Below, piece after piece: positions 59,096 to 64,000 of a stretch of DNA of 64,000 bases. Position 1 is the first letter of the stretch, and every line of letters starts with the position of its first letter. Source of the DNA: Macrostomum hystrix (taxonomy: Eukaryota; Animalia; Platyhelminthes); assembly GCA_950097015.1 (NCBI GenBank), contig CATNEN010000038.1, positions 26,660,001 through 26,724,000 of the forward strand, read 5' to 3'. The translations under genes and the position numbers were made by a program. The notes under the pieces are model-generated. The model made no database searches, was not told where the DNA came from, and saw nothing but the letters and a program-made list of their open reading frames with translations.

Positions 59096-60184
59096 ATTTT
59101 CGGTAAAAACAAAGACAGCAAACACCTGGCGTCACTTGTGTCAACGAAGCTTACAGACTAAACAAAAAACAGCAAACCTTTTGTTCAACCTTCATTTGTA
59201 TCTTAGCCTCATTTGATGCCGGAATCCCATATACTCGTATAGGGCCTATAGTACGAGCCGTAGTTGATATCTTTTGAAGTTGCATCTGCATCTACACAAA
59301 GTCTAACCTATACTTTTATATTAGACTGCATCGTTCTCTATCATTAGTCTGAGCTAACTAATTTTCTGTTATTCTTTTTGTCTTTTGCTCCAATTTGTGC
59401 CCAACCCAGTCAACCAGTCTGGTAGCATTACTTTCTGATTGGAGGGCAAAGCCAGAAAGCCTTGCCTGATGATTAACGAGGCCTACTCAAGGGTAAGTAA
59501 GATTGACTCACGCTTAGCTACCAACTGAGTGATGGGCCGTCTAGAATATCTAGATAGGTTTCGCTAAAGTTGATAGATTTTTTCACCTAGAATTCATGAG
59601 ATTGATGAGAATCCTTAGTTGGGCTAAATCTGCTTCATGGCCAGTATGGGCGAAGATAAATGTGCTTTAACCAAACTGTGCTCAAACTGTGCTCACAATA
59701 TTAGAGCAGCAGTCTCTGGGGCTAATGTGAGTAGCGCTTCATAGGTGGCTGTGAGGAGTGAAAACGACTGCAACACACGAAGCCAGAAAATTTGACGGAA
59801 GAAGACAGAAAAATAGTTGAGAAATTCGGGTGAGGCATGACTGACCCATACGCCTTGATATAGAGCCGGAACTGTATATCATTGCCAACTTCGAAATTCT
59901 CTATAGTGGAATCCTGTGCTTGCGTGTGTTTCCCACTGTCCTGTCCAGAATGTCAAGGTTGAAAAATCTGTGAGTTGAGGATTGTTTTAATTAGTCAGTG
60001 TACATGGCAAAGCCTTGTGAGCCTGTAGGGGAGATAATCAAAGCAAGTTATTACATATAATTGTCAGGCTAATGATGCTGGTATGATCCGGGAACTCGTG
60101 TTTGAGTTGAATAATTTCTTTCACATTCTCTTTCTTCTGTTTTCATAATACTCGGCTCCTAGCCATTAATCAGATTTTGTAGGT

Positions 60185-60828
60185 AACTGAAACCCTGTCA
60201 ACAGGTGTCTCCCTGGACTAAATCAATCAACAGGCGTCTCCCTGGACAGAAAACCTGTCAACAGGTGTCTCTCTGGACTGAAAACCTGGCAACTGGTGTC
60301 TCACACTGGACTGAACCAGTCAACAGGTGTCTCACTAGACTAAATCTATCAACTGGTGTCTCACTGTACTAACCCTCTCAACTGGTATCTCTCACTGGAC
60401 TGAACCAGTCAACAGGTGTCTCACTAGACTAAATCTATCAACTGGTGTCTCACTGTACTAACCCTCTCAACTGGTATCTCTCACTGGACTAAACCTGTCA
60501 ACAGGTGTCACATTGAACTAAACCTGTCAACTGGTGTGTCACTGGACTAAACCTGTCAACAGGTGTCTCATTGGACTGAAAACCTGTCAACAGGTGTCTC
60601 ACTGGACTGAAAACCTGTCAACAGGTGTCTCATTGGACTGAAAACCTGTCAACAGGTGTCTCACTGGACTGAAAACCTGTCAACAGGTGTCTCACTGGAC
60701 TGAAAACCTGTCAACAGGTGTCTCACTGGACTGAAAACCTGTCAACAGGTGTCTCACTGGACTGAAAACCTGTCAACAGGTGTCTCACTGGACTGAAAAC
60801 CTGTCAACAGGTGTCTCACTGGACTAAC
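60185..60828. repeat. ~31-bp minisatellite (ctgaaaacctgtcaacaggtgtctcactgga), interrupted by the LINE and continuing at 62513-62625
   Basis: Tandem units containing the internal palindrome acctgt-ca-acaggt. Confidence 0.92.
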
Positions 60829-62512
60829 AACAACAACAACAACAAAGGACGACAACCCAAGGCCGAAGCCAAAGGGGGCTGCCGTCAAAAGGCACGTGCA
60901 AGAGCAGAGTGGCGCAGAATTGTCAGTCCGCGGGGGTCGGAGATTCCAGCGTCAGTCAGTAGCAGTTCAGGGTAGCGTAGCGCCCTCGCCTGACCACGCC
61001 GCCAGGGCCCCCGCAGGGAAAGCAGCAGCACGTCCTGCAGTGGCTCGGGGCAGCGCTGCTCCGCACGGATGGCGTGGCCAGCCAGCTGCAGGCGCCGGAT
61101 GCGCAGCAGCTGACTTGGCCGGCAGAGCTGGGCCCGGCGATAGAGCTCATAGTTGCTGGTGTTGGTGACGGCAGTCGGCGAATAGTGGACGCCGAAAGCG
61201 GCTCGCAGGAGTCCGGCGTGGGCGGCATCGAGTTGCTTCTCCTGCGTGCCGTTCATAGTCCACGTTTGAGCGTTGTAGAGAAAGACGGTCTCTATGACGG
61301 CTTGAAACAACCGCCCTCTCAGCCGATCCGGCAGCGTGGGGCACTGCAGGACAGTCCGCAGGGTGCGAAAGGCGGCCCAGGCAAGCGCCCTGCGTCGCGC
61401 CATGTCGTCCAAGGTGTCGGGCACTTGACCGCCGAGATAGATGAAGGTCTCGCAGCGCGGCAGCAATGCCGCTTGCCCATTTCCGTTGTGGCAGAGGATC
61501 TCGCCGTTGAGGTCATTCGGGACGGTCAGCACCATTGTTTTCTTGGTGTTCACAGACAGCCCGACCATTGCCGCCGCCGCAGTCAGCTTGTCCAGCAGAT
61601 GCTGAGCACCTTCGATTGAGCTGGACAGCAGCGCCAGGTCGTCCGCGTATGCCAGGACAGAGAGTCGTCTTTCGGGGTGTCGGCTGCTTGTCCTGCGACA
61701 GAGCAGGAAGCCGTTGGCGTCGTCAGGGAGGCCAGTGCGCAGCACCCAGTCCAAGACCAAGACGAAAAGAAAGGGGGCGAGTGTGTCGCCCTGCAGCACA
61801 CCGGAGGTCGTGTCGAAGAAATCGGATAGGCCGTCCGGCGTCACAACTGCCGCCCTGGTCTCCTGGTACAGGGCCATCACAGCGTTACCAGCTGTTCAGG
61901 CACATGGTACGCGCGCAGGATCTTCGGGATGACCCGTCTCGACACCGAGTCGAAAGCTTTTAGAAAATCCACGAAGATGCAGATGACCGCCGACTGGTGG
62001 ATACGGGTCTCTTCTAAAATGCGGCGCAAAGCGAGAATCTGATTCACCGTGCCCCTACCTGGCCGGAAGCCGTTTTGCTCTCGCCGGAGGAACGGGTCCA
62101 ACACAGGTTGCAGCCGCGTCAGCAGTACCCTGTTGTACAGCTTCGCGGCGCAGGACATTAGGGATATTCAGCGATGTTCTTCGACCTTGACAGTTCCGGC
62201 TTCTTTGGGATCCCGACGATGTGCGCCGTCCGCCATTAAGCGGGGGCGGGACCTCCCGCCAGCACGCAGTTCATCACTTGCGTGACTTCTTGCGCCACCA
62301 GCGGGAGGCGCAACACTTCGACAGGCACGTCGTCAGGTCCGGTGGTTTTGCCGCCCGGTGTCTTTTTAGCGAGCAGAAGCACCTCGTCAATGGTGATAGG
62401 ACTGGTGTTGAAGGAGCTTTCTTCTGGCAGTGCGACCTCCGCGGGCAGTGACATGTCGTCTCTTGGCGGCGGCGGAGACGCGTTAACGATGCCAGAGAAA
62501 AGGGCTCTCAGT
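60829..62512 (-). mobile_element. 5'-truncated, frameshifted RTE-like non-LTR retrotransposon
   Basis: RT fragments in three frames: GPDDVPVEVL; AKLYNRVLL.RL..EQNGFRPGR, FVDF.KAFDSV; GVLQGDTLAPFLF, LAYADDL, YLG. No C-terminal zinc finger. Short 3' UTR and (TTG)n tail. TSD tggactaac at 60820-60828 and 62513-62521. Confidence 0.9.
60885..62512 (-). pseudogene. Disrupted reverse transcriptase ORF of the LINE
   Basis: ORF pieces 62236-62541, 61877-62158 and 60885-61880 need at least two frameshifts to join. Confidence 0.85.
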
Positions 62513-62945
62513 TGGACTAACCCTGTCTCATTGGACTGCAAACCAAATCAACAGGTGTCATACCAGACTAAAAACCTTCAGTAGGTGTTTCACAGGTAAA
62601 AAACCCGTCAACAGGTATCTCACTAAGCATGTTCACAAATAAAATTTAGTCGCATTATTTTCAGCTTAAAACTCCGCTTAAGTTATACTTTCTACTTTTA
62701 GTAGTAATTAATAAGGCAATTATTTTCCTTACTTGTACCGAATAGTCTATGTATTTATTTGGAAACGATTTGAGAAATGAGATGAAAACTAATGAGAGAC
62801 AACAATTTTGGACCTAAAATGAGCCGTTTTGCAGACTATTATTTTTAGTGACCGTTGTTTAATTTATAATGTTTATTCCATGCATGCTACTCAAAGTACG
62901 GTAGTATCGATAATTTACGAGTAATGTTCGTTCTATGTAACACTG

Positions 62946-63249
62946 TCAGGCAGTCCTGGGCGGCGGGGCCCTCAGCAACAGGCGCCGCAATAGTTGCGCT
63001 GCAGCCAAGCGGTACCTGTCGCAGGCAAAACAGTAGATGAAGAGGTTGCAGACACTGTCAAGCGCCACCAGCATGCCAGCTATCCGGCTATAGATGGCAG
63101 CCACATGCCGCAGCCTGGCGCTGGGCCGAGCTGGGATCAGGCAGAATGAGATGCCCAGAGCAAGTGGCAGCTCCAGGGTGACGAACACCACCGCCAGAGC
63201 GAGCACCGTGCGAGTAACCGTGCCCGTCACCTCAGCACGGCGTCTGTGG
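62946..63249 (-). CDS. Terminal exon of a class A (rhodopsin-like, peptide-receptor type) GPCR, TM6-TM7-H8; upstream exons outside the window
   Basis: VTRTVLALAVVFVTLELPLAL (TM6) and LVALDSVCNLFIYCFACDRYR (NPxxY-like NLFIY, helix 8). Acceptor ccccgcag at 63250. Confidence 0.75.
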
Positions 63250-63279
63250 CTGCGGGGCGAATGAGCTTTTAAGTTTATT

Positions 63280-64000
63280 AGTTGCTGAGCTTATGAGTTC
63301 ATGAGTTTTATAAGTTCTTGAGTTTATGATTTCTTGAGTTCATGATTTTTTGAGTTCATTAGTTGAGTTCATGACTTGAGTTCATTAGTTGAGTTCATTA
63401 ATTGAGTTCATGAGTTGAGTTCATTAGTTGAGTTCATGAGTTGAGTTCATTAGTTGAGTTCATGAGTTGAGTTCATGAGTTGAGTTCATTAGTTGAGTTC
63501 ATGAGTTGAGTTCATTAGTTGAGTTCATGAGTTGAGTTCATTAGTTGAGTTCATGAGTTGAGTTCATGAGTTGAGTTCATGAGTTGAGTTCATGAGTTGA
63601 GTTCATGAGTTGAGTTCATTAGTTGAGTTCATTAGTTGAGTTCATTAGTTGAGTTCATGAGTTGAGTTCATTAGTTGAGTTCATTAATTGAGTTCATGAG
63701 TTGAGTTCATTAGTTGAGTTCATGAGTTGAGTTCATTAGTTGAGTTCATTAGTTGAGTTCATTAGTTGAGTTCATGAGTTGAGTTCATTAGTTGAGTTCA
63801 TGAGTTGAGTTCATTAGTTGAGTTCATTAGTTGAGTTCATTAGTTGAGTTCATGAGTTGAGTTCATTAGTTGAGTTCATTAGTTGAGTTCATTAGTTGAG
63901 TTCATGAGTTGAGTTCATTAGTTGAGTTCATGAGTTGAGTTCATTAGTTGAGTTCATTAGTTGAGTTCATTAGTTGAGTTCTTTAGTTGAGTTCATTAAT
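63280..64000. repeat. 13-bp satellite (gagttcattagtt/gagttcatgagtt) in the GPCR intron
   Basis: Tandem periodicity, running to the window edge. Confidence 0.96.

Overview
Eukaryotic, intron-rich metazoan DNA. About 27 kb (~40%, hand estimate) is made of ~30 distinct mini/microsatellite arrays. This style resembles a rhabditophoran flatworm such as Macrostomum lignano, but that is inference only. I reconstructed four complete spliced genes by hand from GT-AG boundaries with matching codon phases: NAGPA (-, 8 exons), ANKRD60 (+, 7 exons, head-to-head with NAGPA), an OXR1/NCOA7-family LysM-TLDc gene (-), and a type IV diacylglycerol kinase (DGK zeta/iota-like, -, 17 exons). The window also holds the last exon of a class A GPCR, a young Ty3/Gypsy (Mag-like) LTR retrotransposon (apparently identical 312-bp LTRs, 5-bp TSD, one in-frame TGA), a 5'-truncated RTE-like LINE, and a 4-copy dispersed structured element. 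Three observations stand out. (1) Two inverted arrays of the same 16-bp satellite lie ~54 nt from the DGK exon-1 donor and ~53 nt from the exon-14 acceptor, bracketing a frame-preserving 1833-nt block that holds the C1 and catalytic domains. (2) Satellite arrays systematically abut exon edges, and several carry splice-signal motifs in the sense orientation. (3) The DGK lacks the MARCKS and ankyrin modules. Most long ORFs in the supplied track are satellite artefacts.
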